A stretch of DNA of 64,000 nt, taken from NCBI GenBank assembly GCA_015488775.1, contig WFNF01000159.1, positions 2,988 to 66,987 of the forward strand, in the 5' to 3' direction. Shown in pieces: positions 1 through 9,163 of the stretch (within the stretch, counting starts at the first letter, position 1; each line of letters starts with the position of its first letter). The notes beneath the pieces are model-generated. The model searched no databases, was not told the origin of the DNA, and saw nothing but the letters and a program-made list of their open reading frames with translations. Origin of the DNA: Helicobacteraceae bacterium (GTDB taxonomy: Bacteria > Campylobacterota > Campylobacteria > Campylobacterales > Sulfurimonadaceae). Position numbers and translations under genes: made by a program.

Positions 1-1828
1 CTTGCATAGCTAAAGCCGTTAAGGCAATAATTGGCATAGAATGCTCATTTATGATGTTTCTTTGTTTTATCTCTTTAGTTGCGACTATACCATTTTTGAT
101 TGGCATATCTATATCCATAAAAATAATGTCAAATTTATTTGAAGCACATTGTTGTATGGCTTGTTCACCATCACCAGCAGTTGTAACATTTAAGTTATAC
201 TCTTTTAAAAGTATCTTTATAAGTCTTTGGTTTATTAGGTTATCTTCAACAACTAAAGCTCTTACTTTTTCATTAGCATTTTGTGGTGTTGTTTCACTTT
301 TAGTTACGAAAAGTTTATCTAAATGTTTAGATATTTTTGTTGGTAAAAGTGGTTTTACTAATGTATGATCAATTATATGAGTCATACGAGTTTGAAGTCT
401 TTCATTGTTTTCTAAAAGAAGAACAGTTTTACTTTTTTTAGAAAATGTTCCAAGTTTCAACATCCAAGCACTTTGCTCTTGAGAAGCAACTATATATAAT
501 ACATCACAATCTTCATATATATTTTTTTCTATTGAATTGATTTTAGTTACATGAAGTCCGAAACTTCTTAAGTAATGAGTCAACATATTTGCCGATTCAA
601 GTTTATCATCATCTAGTAAAACAACTTTAGCTTTTTTACCATTTATCTGGTTGATAAGGTCATCACTAGACTTCTCAAAACTAAGTGCAAATGAAAAGGT
701 TGAACCTTTTTTTGGTTCGCTGGATATTTTAAGATTTCCACCTAAAAGCTTAATCAATCCATGAGATAAGCTTAAACCAACACCTAGTCGTGAGTCTGCT
801 TGTTCTCCAGAAACAAAAGGCTCAGTAATAATAGTAAGCTGTTCTTTAGTTATACCCTGCCCTGTATCTTTAATGCTAAAACCAATGGAGCATGCTGAGT
901 TTAGAGCACGCTTTAAAAGTTTTATCTCAATTTGAACTCTTCCACCTCTCGATGTAAATTTTAAGGCATTAGATATAAGGTTAACAATAATTTGTTTTAT
1001 CTTTCTAACATCTCCATTTATAAGTGTAGGAATTTTAGGATCAATAAAAAATGAAACAGCGATTCCCTTGTCTTTTCCTTGATCAGTATATATTTTTGAA
1101 AGTTCTTCAATTTCATGTATTAAAGAAAATTCTGAACTATCTTTAACAAGTCTTCCACTTTGCATCTGTGCAAGGTCTAAAAGTGACTCAATGTTTGACA
1201 TTAAGTTTCTTGCACTTGTATGAGTCATGTTAAGGTATTCACTCTGTTTTGCAGTTGGACCTGCTTTTTCAAGAAGATCTATAAAACCTAAAATACCATT
1301 CATCGGAGTTCTAAACTCATGACCAATATTTGCTAAAAATTTTGTTTTTAGTTTTTCAACTTCTTGGGTTTGTTTTAGTGCAATATCAAGTTCAGATATA
1401 TTTTCTAACTCAAGAACATATAAATCTTTTCCTGCTTGTTTTAAGATAGAACATTTTGCTCTAAATTTTTGATGCTCATCATCTTTATCTAGTATGCTAA
1501 GTTTATAACCTTCTTTTTTGTTTACTCTTATAAAATCTAACCAAGACTTGTCATACTCTGTAAAAACTTCTTCATCTTCACTTTCAAAAAGTTCTCTTAT
1601 GCTTTCATGTTTAGCTCTAAAATCTTGAATATTTTTATAATCAAAATATTCAAAAAATCTTTTGTTTGCGCCTATCCATCCACCATCTTTTGTAAAAAAC
1701 ATAATAATAGAACTATCTAAGTCAAGTACCTCGTAAAAAAGGTCTTTACTTACTGTGTTGTTTTCATCAATATCGCTTGATGATACTTCTGGAGTTTTTT
1801 TAGAGAAGAAAAAGCTTAAGAGTCCCAT
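1..1828 (-). CDS. hybrid sensor histidine kinase / response regulator (3' end runs off the window)
   Basis: Absent from the ORF track because it is open to position 1. My minus-strand translation from ATG 1828-1826 gives MGLLSFFFSKKTPEV... It has a PAS-like N-terminus, H-box FLANIGHEFRTPMNGILGF, N-box QIIVNLISNALKFT and G-boxes IKDTGQGI and GVGLSLSHGLIKLLGG. Two receiver-like modules follow (second: RALVVEDNLINQRL..FDIIFMDIDMP..PIIALTALAMQ). Confidence 0.85.
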   Translation of the reverse strand, partial: MGLLSFFFSKKTPEVSSSDIDENNTVSKDLFYEVLDLDSSIIMFFTKDGGWIGANKRFFEYFDYKNIQDFRAKHESIRELFESEDEEVFTEYDKSWLDFIRVNKKEGYKLSILDKDDEHQKFRAKCSILKQAGKDLYVLELENISELDIALKQTQEVEKLKTKFLANIGHEFRTPMNGILGFIDLLEKAGPTAKQSEYLNMTHTSARNLMSNIESLLDLAQMQSGRLVKDSSEFSLIHEIEELSKIYTDQGKDKGIAVSFFIDPKIPTLINGDVRKIKQIIVNLISNALKFTSRGGRVQIEIKLLKRALNSACSIGFSIKDTGQGITKEQLTIITEPFVSGEQADSRLGVGLSLSHGLIKLLGGNLKISSEPKKGSTFSFALSFEKSSDDLINQINGKKAKVVLLDDDKLESANMLTHYLRSFGLHVTKINSIEKNIYEDCDVLYIVASQEQSAWMLKLGTFSKKSKTVLLLENNERLQTRMTHIIDHTLVKPLLPTKISKHLDKLFVTKSETTPQNANEKVRALVVEDNLINQRLIKILLKEYNLNVTTAGDGEQAIQQCASNKFDIIFMDIDMPIKNGIVATKEIKQRNIINEHSMPIIALTALAMQ

Positions 1829-1914
1829 AATTAATTCCTATAGTGTGATAATCATGTATTCTATCATATATAATACTATATAATGCTAAAATTATAAAAA
1901 AAGATTATACTACT

Positions 1915-2562
1915 ATGAAAAAAGCTACTAAAAAAGAGATTGCCATTATAAAAGAGCGTTTTGTAGAACGCTATGATGACGCTGTGACTGAGCTTACATA
2001 CACAAATGCCTATGAGCTAGTTGTTGCAGTTGCACTTTCTGCTCAATGTACAGACAAAAGAGTTAACATTATAACACCTAAACTTTTTGAGCAATACCCA
2101 TCTGTAGTTGAGTTAGCTACGGCTGATTTAGATGATGTTAAAAAGATCATAAACTCATGTACATTTTTCAATAACAAAGCAAAAAATTTGTTAAAAATGT
2201 CACAAAGAGTGGTTGAGTTTTATGATAGTGAAATTCCATTAGACTCTAAAGAGCTACAAACATTAGCAGGAGTTGGTCAAAAAACTGCAAATGTAGTTAT
2301 GATAGAATACACAGGTGCAAACCTAATGGCTGTAGATACCCATGTTTTTAGAGTTGCTCATAGACTTGGTTTAAGTGATGATGCAAGTGCATTAGAAACA
2401 GAAAAAACCTTGGTAAAAAAGTTTAAAACAAACCTGCATCAACTTCATCAAGGTATGGTGCTGTTTGGACGATATGTGTGTAAAGCTAAAAACCCTTTAT
2501 GTGATCAAGAGTGTTTTTTACAAGAGTTTTGTAAAACTACAAAAAGTTTTAAAGCTAAATAA
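1915..2562 (+). CDS. nth: endonuclease III (DNA glycosylase/AP lyase)
   Basis: 215 aa. HhH-GPD signature LQTLAGVGQKTANVV..VDTHVFRV and a C-terminal 4Fe-4S cysteine cluster CKAKNPLCDQECFLQEFC. Confidence 0.9.
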   Translation: MKKATKKEIAIIKERFVERYDDAVTELTYTNAYELVVAVALSAQCTDKRVNIITPKLFEQYPSVVELATADLDDVKKIINSCTFFNNKAKNLLKMSQRVVEFYDSEIPLDSKELQTLAGVGQKTANVVMIEYTGANLMAVDTHVFRVAHRLGLSDDASALETEKTLVKKFKTNLHQLHQGMVLFGRYVCKAKNPLCDQECFLQEFCKTTKSFKAK

Positions 2563-2577
2563 TTTTAGGAATGATTT

Positions 2578-4497
2578 ATGTTAAATATGTTTAAAAGGTC
2601 TAGTATTAAAAAGAGGATGAACTACCTTATAGCTATTGTTACTTCATCTGTAGTTTTTGCAGCATTATTTGTTTTTTTATGTTTGGAAATATAGAAGTAC
2701 AGTATAAATATCTACAAGACAAATCTATGATAGGCACTATATATACATTAGAGATTGAAAAAGATGTAAATTTTGTTTCAAGAACATCAAGAGATATACT
2801 CCTAGGTAGCAACTTTAGCAGTGACATACAAAAAATAGAAAACTCAATAAAATCTATAAAAGCAAACTTTATAGCTTTAGAAAAAATAACAGATGATTTT
2901 GAATCAAAAAAGCTTATAACAGATGCACACAACTCAACATCAATGTTTTTAGATAACACTCTTATTATGATGAAATCTTTAACACAAGATGAGATAAAAA
3001 ATTCAACTTCAAATATATATAAAAACTACAAAAACAAAACTTTCACCTTATGCAGTAGAATCAAGAGTTACATTTAAAAAAGTTATTGAGCTTAAAAACA
3101 ATGAACTAGTTCAAAGAGAGAAGGAGCTAGATAAGAACATTGGTTTTTACAAAATGTTAGTGCTTTTTGCAGGACTTAGTGTTGCTATAATTATTTTTAT
3201 AATTACAAACACTGTTCAGTATAACATAGCAAAAGCACTTGAAGAGTTTACAAATATTATTAAAAAATCTGCTGATGGTCACTTTATTACAGATAACTTA
3301 GATACATCAAAAGATAGTGAACTTAGTACTATGGGAATAGCCTTAGAGAAACTAATTTTACAGATAAAAGCTTTTATAAATGAGATTAATGGTTCTATAA
3401 TAGATGCTACAAGAGGTGACTTTACAAGAAATATCTCTAGTAGTAAAATGAACGGAGATTTTGTTGAAGCCATAATGCTTGTATCAAACTCAATAGATTT
3501 AATGAAAATACAAGATGTAAAAAAGAAAAAAGATGCTTTAAATTCTGAACTTTCTAACTTAAATGTTGGTGTAGTTGAATCTTTTAGTGTCATACAAGAT
3601 GATTTATCTTTTAGTATAGATGGTCTTAAAAATGTTACACAAAAAACTAAATTTGCTTCTGAACTTTCATCTAGTAGTAATGATAAAATTGATGAGATTA
3701 TAGATGAATTAAGTGGGATGAATGAGCAAGTTAACATAAACAATGAAGCTATAATTTCACTAGCAAATCAGGCAGTAGAGATAACATCTGTTATAGAACT
3801 CATCTCAGATATTGCTGATCAGACAAATCTTCTTGCTCTAAATGCTGCTATAGAAGCAGCTCGCGCTGGTGAGCATGGTAGAGGGTTTGCGGTTGTTGCA
3901 GATGAAGTAAGAAAACTTGCTGAGAGAACCCATAAAGCAACAAACGAGATAAGCATATCTATAAAATCTTTACAACAAGAGATGAATGATATACAAGCAA
4001 GCTCAACTAAAATGACACAAGTTGTTGAAACATCATCTACTAAAATAAACGAGTTTGGTGGTACACTTACTGAATTAAGTGATAATTCAACAAATATAGT
4101 AGATTCTGCTTACGACATGGAAAACTCTATTTTTATAGTTCTTGCAAAGATTGATCATATACTTTATAAATCAAGAGCATATAACGCTGTATTAAATGAG
4201 GACTCATCTTTAAAGATTACAGATGATAGTAACTGTAGGTTTGGAAAATGGTATAACACCGAGGGTAAAAATAGATTTGGAACAACATCTTCATACTCAC
4301 AAATCATGGCACCACATAAAAAAGTTCACAATATGGTTGAAATAAATGTAACTTATCTTAAAAAGAATGCTGATTTGATATCTCCAAACATTAGCCATGA
4401 TTTAATCAAAAACTTTCAAGATATGGAAAGATCATCTGATCAACTGTTTTCTCTACTTGACAACTTAGTACAAGAGCAAAAATTATCTTATAAATAA
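2578..4497 (+). pseudogene. methyl-accepting chemotaxis protein (4HB-like sensor, HAMP, MA domain, C-terminal CZB zinc-binding domain) interrupted by two frameshifts
   Basis: Three colinear pieces. 2578-2694 encodes TM1 (MLNMFKRSSIKKRMNYLIAIVTSSVVFAALFVFL) and ends at TAG. 2679-3077 in another frame encodes the periplasmic sensor. The original frame is open again from 2998 and contains ORF 3154-4497 (TM2, [38 protein letters not shown], and CZB-like H..CRFGKWY..APHKKVH). The shifts fall at T7 (2672-2678) and the A-runs (3021-3039). Confidence 0.7.
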
Positions 4498-4561
4498 TAC
4501 TTAACTCAAGATAATGTTTACTAATACATATTGAAGTTAATAGAAGTTATAAGAGGAGGAG

Positions 4562-4825
4562 TTAAAAGCTAGTGTCACTAACTCCAGATAAAGCTTTTAA
4601 AAAAGCAAACTCAACAGGATTGACTTCACCATACCTATCCCATAACTCTTTAGGGTTAACCAACCATATACCATCTTCAAAATAGATTTGGCTTTTAAAA
4701 GCTGGGTCAACTATATCGTTTTTAGTAAACCATACTGACTTAAATGACTTCATATCTGAGTCGTTAACAAAAAGATATTCTTCTAGTGAAACAAATTCAT
4801 CTGCTAATACACCTGATTCTAACAT
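4562..4825 (-). CDS. hypothetical small acidic protein (87 aa)
   Basis: Clean ORF with no competing frame. I recognise no motif. Confidence 0.4.
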   Translation of the reverse strand: MLESGVLADEFVSLEEYLFVNDSDMKSFKSVWFTKNDIVDPAFKSQIYFEDGIWLVNPKELWDRYGEVNPVEFAFLKALSGVSDTSF

Positions 4826-5121
4826 AATGTGTCCTTTTTAATAGAGCTTTGCCTATGTGTGAAAAATTATGTGAAAAATAGAACTTACTCTGGTTTTAAT
4901 ATTTTATATTCTTATTATATTAATAAAACTATCGTCAAAATCTAATTTAACTTTAGAATTAATTTAATTTTTTATATTTAAAACTGTTTATATCTCATAA
5001 GTGTGATTTGATTTGATTTAAACAATGTAAAATAGGAATACTATACATAATTTGAAAGTTTAAGAATTTGAAAAAGTTTAAGAGTTAAAAATTTGAAAGT
5101 TTTATGAAAAAGAAGTTTATA

Positions 5122-5141
5122 GAAAAAGCAAATGCTTTTTC
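5122..5141 (-). terminator. probable rho-independent terminator of ahpC
   Basis: GAAAAAGC-aaat-GCTTTTTC hairpin about 20 nt after the ahpC stop. A T-rich tract follows on the minus strand (..ctataaacttcttttt). Confidence 0.5.
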
Positions 5142-5157
5142 TATTGAAGTTGATTTA

Positions 5158-5754
5158 TTATAAATCACCCTCATGTTTTGCAAGATAATCAGCAACACCA
5201 TCAGTGTCAGCTTTCATACCCTCATCACCCTTAGTCCAACCAGCAGGACAAACTTCTCCATGCTCATTAGTAAAAAGCATAGTATCTACCATTCTTAACA
5301 TCTCATCAATGTTTCTACCAAGTGGTAAATCATTTATAACACAGTGACGTACAGTTGCATCTTTGTCAATTAAGAAAGAACCACGTAAAGCAACTCCACC
5401 ATCTAAAAGAACATCATAAGCTTTTGCAATATCTTTAGTTAAGTCAGCAACTAATGGGTACTTAACTTGACCTATACCACCCTCGTTAACTGGAGTGTTT
5501 TTCCATGCAAAGTGAGAAAATTGGCTATCTACAGATACACCAATAACATTTATACCACGATCTTTAAACTCTTGAAGTCTATGATCAAACGCAATAATTT
5601 CAGAAGGACATACAAAAGTAAAGTCTAATGGGTAAAAGTAAAGAACAGTACCATTTTCACCAAAGTTTTCGTATAGGTTGAAATCTTCAACAATCTCATT
5701 GTTTCCAAGTACAGTTGTAGCTGTAAAATCTGGTGCTTTTTTTGTTACTAACAT
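5158..5754 (-). CDS. ahpC: 2-Cys peroxiredoxin (alkyl hydroperoxide reductase AhpC/TsaA family)
   Basis: 198 aa. Peroxidatic Cys motif DFTFVCPSEI and resolving Cys motif EVCPAGW. Confidence 0.9.
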   Translation of the reverse strand: MLVTKKAPDFTATTVLGNNEIVEDFNLYENFGENGTVLYFYPLDFTFVCPSEIIAFDHRLQEFKDRGINVIGVSVDSQFSHFAWKNTPVNEGGIGQVKYPLVADLTKDIAKAYDVLLDGGVALRGSFLIDKDATVRHCVINDLPLGRNIDEMLRMVDTMLFTNEHGEVCPAGWTKGDEGMKADTDGVADYLAKHEGDL

Positions 5755-5852
5755 ATTTAATTTCTCCGTAATAAATTTTTATGATGAAAGTGTAACCAAG
5801 ATTTGTTAAATGAAAAGTTTTAATTTTCAAACCAAAAGTTATTTTATGCTTT

Positions 5853-6773
5853 TTAGCTTAGAAACCTCTTTATATCATTTTCAATAGATTCTTTTATCCA
5901 AAGAGGCTCTAAAATATGTAAATGTGGTAACCTATATTTAACTAAAGAGATAACCTCTTTGTCATTGGTTACATCTATACTAAAGATTATGCTACCATCT
6001 TCTAACTCATCTTCAATTTTTTGAGTTGGTAATGGTTTTCTTTTAAAATATTTAGCTACATCAACATCTGCTAACAATCTAACTTTAAATGCTTTTTTTT
6101 CAGAGTTGAACCATATGGAAACTGCATTTTCAAGCATCTTGTCTATCTTAATATCAGTTTTGAAAATCTCTTTTGTACTGTAGATATTAGAGATATTTTT
6201 AAGATAATATTTTCGTATTTTATTATTTTCATTAAGTCCAACTAGATACCAAAAACCCTCAAATGTTACAATTTTCAGAGGCTTGATTTTTCTTTTTCTT
6301 GATCTGTCTTGATACTTTGTGTATATACAAGTTATATGTGTTTTACTCTCTATGGATTGTGTTATTTTATTTATCTCATCAAGATGGGTACTAATATCTT
6401 CCATACTGTTTTTTGCATAGATAGGGTTGTTTTTTTGGTTATAAATCTTAGAAAGAAGTTTTTTTACTTTAGCTGAAAAGATTTGACCCATACCCTCTGT
6501 AAGTTTTCCTATTATTCCTAAAATTAAATCATCTTCACTTGAATTTTGATTTTCTATTTTAAAATTTTTTTGCATTCTCCATAATCTTTTCTCTTGATAT
6601 ATAGGATACATTTTGGATAAACGATCATTCATATCTCTTTGGATTGTTCTATAACTTACATCAAACTCTTCTGCTAAAGATTTAATACTAAGAGCTTCCC
6701 CATCGTTTAATCGTTGAAGTATTTCATATAATCTCATGAGAGTTTTATTATAGTCTCGTTTATTCTTTTCCAT
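5853..6773 (-). CDS. WYL-domain transcriptional regulator (YafY-like: HTH + WYL + C-terminal extension)
   Basis: 306 aa. N-terminal winged HTH (RLYEILQRLNDGEALSIKSLAEEFDVSYRTIQRDMN) and central WYL-type segment (PLKIVTFEGFWYLVGLNENNKIRKYYLKNI). Confidence 0.8.
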   Translation of the reverse strand: MEKNKRDYNKTLMRLYEILQRLNDGEALSIKSLAEEFDVSYRTIQRDMNDRLSKMYPIYQEKRLWRMQKNFKIENQNSSEDDLILGIIGKLTEGMGQIFSAKVKKLLSKIYNQKNNPIYAKNSMEDISTHLDEINKITQSIESKTHITCIYTKYQDRSRKRKIKPLKIVTFEGFWYLVGLNENNKIRKYYLKNISNIYSTKEIFKTDIKIDKMLENAVSIWFNSEKKAFKVRLLADVDVAKYFKRKPLPTQKIEDELEDGSIIFSIDVTNDKEVISLVKYRLPHLHILEPLWIKESIENDIKRFLS

Positions 6774-6800
6774 AGTTATGCCTTTTAAATTTTATTCGTG

Positions 6801-7004
6801 TTACAACGACTTTGTAAAGTAATCTATAATATCTGCGTGGTCATCAAAAAGTTGCATACTCTTAACTTCATCTAGTGGAACCCACTTAGCATTACAAGCA
6901 TCATCTGAACCTACAACTTTTGGTAACTTAGGAAACTTACCTTGCCCTACATAATCAGGCTCAATTTCAGCATAATAAGCATTGGTCATACGAGGTATAC
7001 CCAT
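6801..7004 (-). pseudogene. short ORF resembling only the C-terminal part of a Nudix hydrolase (no Nudix box)
   Basis: 67 aa. ..VVGSDDACNAKWVPLDEVKSMQLFDDHADIIDYF matches the pattern g.DDA..a.W.pl.e....lf.DH..II that I remember from the C-terminus of ADP-ribose pyrophosphatase/NadM-type Nudix domains. The GX5EX7REUXEEXGU box is absent and there is no room for it upstream. Confidence 0.35.
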
Positions 7005-7017
7005 ATTTTTACTCGCC

Positions 7018-7491
7018 TTACTCTACTGTAATAATCGGTACTTCATTTTGTTCTACATTAAAATACTTAGAAACAATTTTTTTAGCATCATCTTGTATTT
7101 TTTGTAAAAGTTCTTCATTTGCATCATTCTCTAAAGCATAATCAAGTGGCTCTTCTTGATTATAAACACTAATTAACTCTTCTTTAAATGGATAATCTTC
7201 ATACTCCAAAGCCTGCACATCAATATCACCATTTTCAAAAAATTCAAGTACTATCATCCCTTTGTCGCTGTCATAAATATACACACCATCATCTTTGCTT
7301 AGGTCTAGTTCTCTGTCGGAATGCATAAAAAATGAAGCACAGCCTTTGTCTTTGCATTTGCAATAACTACTTACTCTATCATCCACTATAAATGCCAACA
7401 TATCTTCCACTTCAAAGATGTTCAAATCTTCATAAAGTCTTGCTAAAAAATGGTGAAGTATTGGATAACTACTTAGTTTACGCATCTTCAC
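7018..7491 (-). CDS. hypothetical acidic protein (157 aa) of the WYL cassette
   Basis: ORF overlaps the upstream gene by 14 nt, suggesting translational coupling. It has a CKCKDKGC cysteine cluster and no recognisable catalytic motif. Confidence 0.5.
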   Translation of the reverse strand: MKMRKLSSYPILHHFLARLYEDLNIFEVEDMLAFIVDDRVSSYCKCKDKGCASFFMHSDRELDLSKDDGVYIYDSDKGMIVLEFFENGDIDVQALEYEDYPFKEELISVYNQEEPLDYALENDANEELLQKIQDDAKKIVSKYFNVEQNEVPIITVE

Positions 7492-7930
7492 CCTCTTTTA
7501 ATGAGCTCATAGTAACTTTTCTATATGGTGCACCGAAAGAGCAGATTAACTTTTGCTCTCCATATGGTGCTATAAGTTCTATGTATCCAAACCTTTTAGA
7601 TTTTAGATAAATGTACAAAGTTGTTTCACCCTCAGGGTAATAAGGGAGTGCATCAAACTCTTCTCGAGTCATATTAATATATATAAGAACTCCTTCATTA
7701 GGTTCAACATCCTCATAAGTCAATGTTTTAGCATCTTGATTAGCACCTAAAGGCTTCGATGATACAAACTCAAGTATTTCGCTACTTTCGTTAACAAGAT
7801 AAAGCCCACCGTCCCCATTAACAAGGGTAATTGATGGAAAACGCTCTGGTACTGATGGTGAGCGAACAATGTTATCTTTATATTTTGGTGCATTTTTAAT
7901 TCTTTTCATAATTTTCCTTCTCTTGTTCAA
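7478..7930 (-). CDS. hypothetical protein (150 aa) of the WYL cassette
   Basis: Basic N-terminus (MNKRRKIMKRIKNAPKYK) and a beta-rich remainder. No motif recognised. The start could be the internal MKRIK. Confidence 0.5.
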   Translation of the reverse strand: MNKRRKIMKRIKNAPKYKDNIVRSPSVPERFPSITLVNGDGGLYLVNESSEILEFVSSKPLGANQDAKTLTYEDVEPNEGVLIYINMTREEFDALPYYPEGETTLYIYLKSKRFGYIELIAPYGEQKLICSFGAPYRKVTMSSLKEGEDA

Positions 7931-7944
7931 ATAAATCTGTAATA

Positions 7945-8145
7945 TTAATAATTTTGTGAATAAAGAACCGTTTCCGACTCTTTACTTTGTTGGTTATTAC
8001 TAACACCTTTAACGACCACTTTAGTCGCACCTATTTCAAGTATCTTGTCAAAGAACTCTCGTTGTGTGAAGTTAAACTCTTCTATATCCATCTCTAAAAG
8101 TATGTGCTTGAAGTTATCATAAAAGTAAACTGTTCCTGCTAGCAT
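7945..8145 (-). CDS. hypothetical small protein (66 aa) of the WYL cassette
   Basis: Its start overlaps the stop of the upstream ORF by 1 nt (8145). No motif recognised. Confidence 0.4.
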   Translation of the reverse strand: MLAGTVYFYDNFKHILLEMDIEEFNFTQREFFDKILEIGATKVVVKGVSNNQQSKESETVLYSQNY

Positions 8146-8699
8146 TATCTCTTTCCTTTTTCATATTTTTCTATAAGTGCTTCTTTAGCTTTATCAAGTA
8201 GTGGAATACACTTCACTCCCTCTCTTTGTTGATCATCCTTGAAAACATAAACTACTGGCACACAAAGTGTTAAATGACCACCTCCACATTCAGCCTCAAA
8301 CGGTTCATTTAAATAAAGATTATAATCTTTACTCCACCATATAAGAGTTCCTTTAAGCTCTATTCCATCAGAAGCAGTTACATTTATAACATCTATATTG
8401 GAATTTATCTGATTTAGCTTTATTGATAACTTTCCTTTTCTTTGTTCGTATCTAGCGATTAAAGCAAGTTTATCTGATTTACTAAGCTCTAAAAACTCAA
8501 GTATCTCTTTTAGACGATTTTTACTTTTACGACTATAATCTAAAAATCCATCTTTTATCCAAGCATTAATGATTTTAAGATTAAGAACTTGCTTAAAGGT
8601 ATTTTTTGCGTCTATCAATGCATACATTTTTAAAGACTTTAAAGCTTTTATATTTTGGGTTTTGTTAATCTCTATATTGATTAGTTCTAGTAATGTCAT
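8145..8699 (-). CDS. hypothetical protein (184 aa), first gene of the WYL cassette
   Basis: Helical N-terminal half and a beta-rich C-terminal half with ECGGGHLTLC. No motif recognised. Confidence 0.5.
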   Translation of the reverse strand: MTLLELINIEINKTQNIKALKSLKMYALIDAKNTFKQVLNLKIINAWIKDGFLDYSRKSKNRLKEILEFLELSKSDKLALIARYEQRKGKLSIKLNQINSNIDVINVTASDGIELKGTLIWWSKDYNLYLNEPFEAECGGGHLTLCVPVVYVFKDDQQREGVKCIPLLDKAKEALIEKYEKGKR

Positions 8700-9163
8700 G
8701 TTTTTACTCCTAACAATAGGGGCAATAATTTGTTGAAGATTATTGTCCTAGTTCCGAAATATTTTCAGAACTTAAAATGAAGACCGACACATTATTTGTC
8801 ATTCATTTGTTGTCTCTCTCTTTTGAGATAATGTATTGTAACATAGCAAATAGACAGGTTGTGTCCACTTAGTAAAGTTTTTATTTTTAGTTACTGACCT
8901 TACACACTTTTAAAAGAAAATGACACCTTTTTCTCTAAAAGCTTTGCTTATTAGCTTTAGAGCGTAACGTCAGTTCAAGTTTAGTTTGTGATAAAATTAT
9001 AAATACATTTTTCAACCCTTTGTGTACTCATCTATGTATCTTTTTTTCTAGAAAATTTTTTAAGCTAATTGAGAAGCCTTAATAACTCAAAAATGATTAA
9101 TTATATTTCGCTATAATCCTCTCAATTTATGGAACTAGAGTCTATATTTAATAAAGGAATTCG

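Noticed and set aside
51-368. 105-aa plus-strand ORF at the window start
   Set aside because: It lies antisense to, and entirely within, the well-supported hybrid histidine kinase gene (1-1828, minus). Its hydrophobic low-complexity translation is typical of a shadow ORF.
2639-3743. Minus-strand ORFs 2639-2959 and 3279-3743
   Set aside because: They are antisense shadows of the chemoreceptor gene, with Ser/Phe/Ile-rich junk translations and no RBS context.
5853-8699. Prophage or integrative element boundaries around the WYL cassette
   Set aside because: I could not identify an integrase, tRNA target, direct-repeat att sites or phage structural genes. The cassette is reported only as an accessory insertion of unknown origin.
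8700-9163. SAM riboswitch upstream of metK
   Set aside because: A good -10 element lies only about 45 nt before the ATG. I could not find the conserved helices or junction sequences of the SAM-I, SAM-II or SAM-V classes in the leader.
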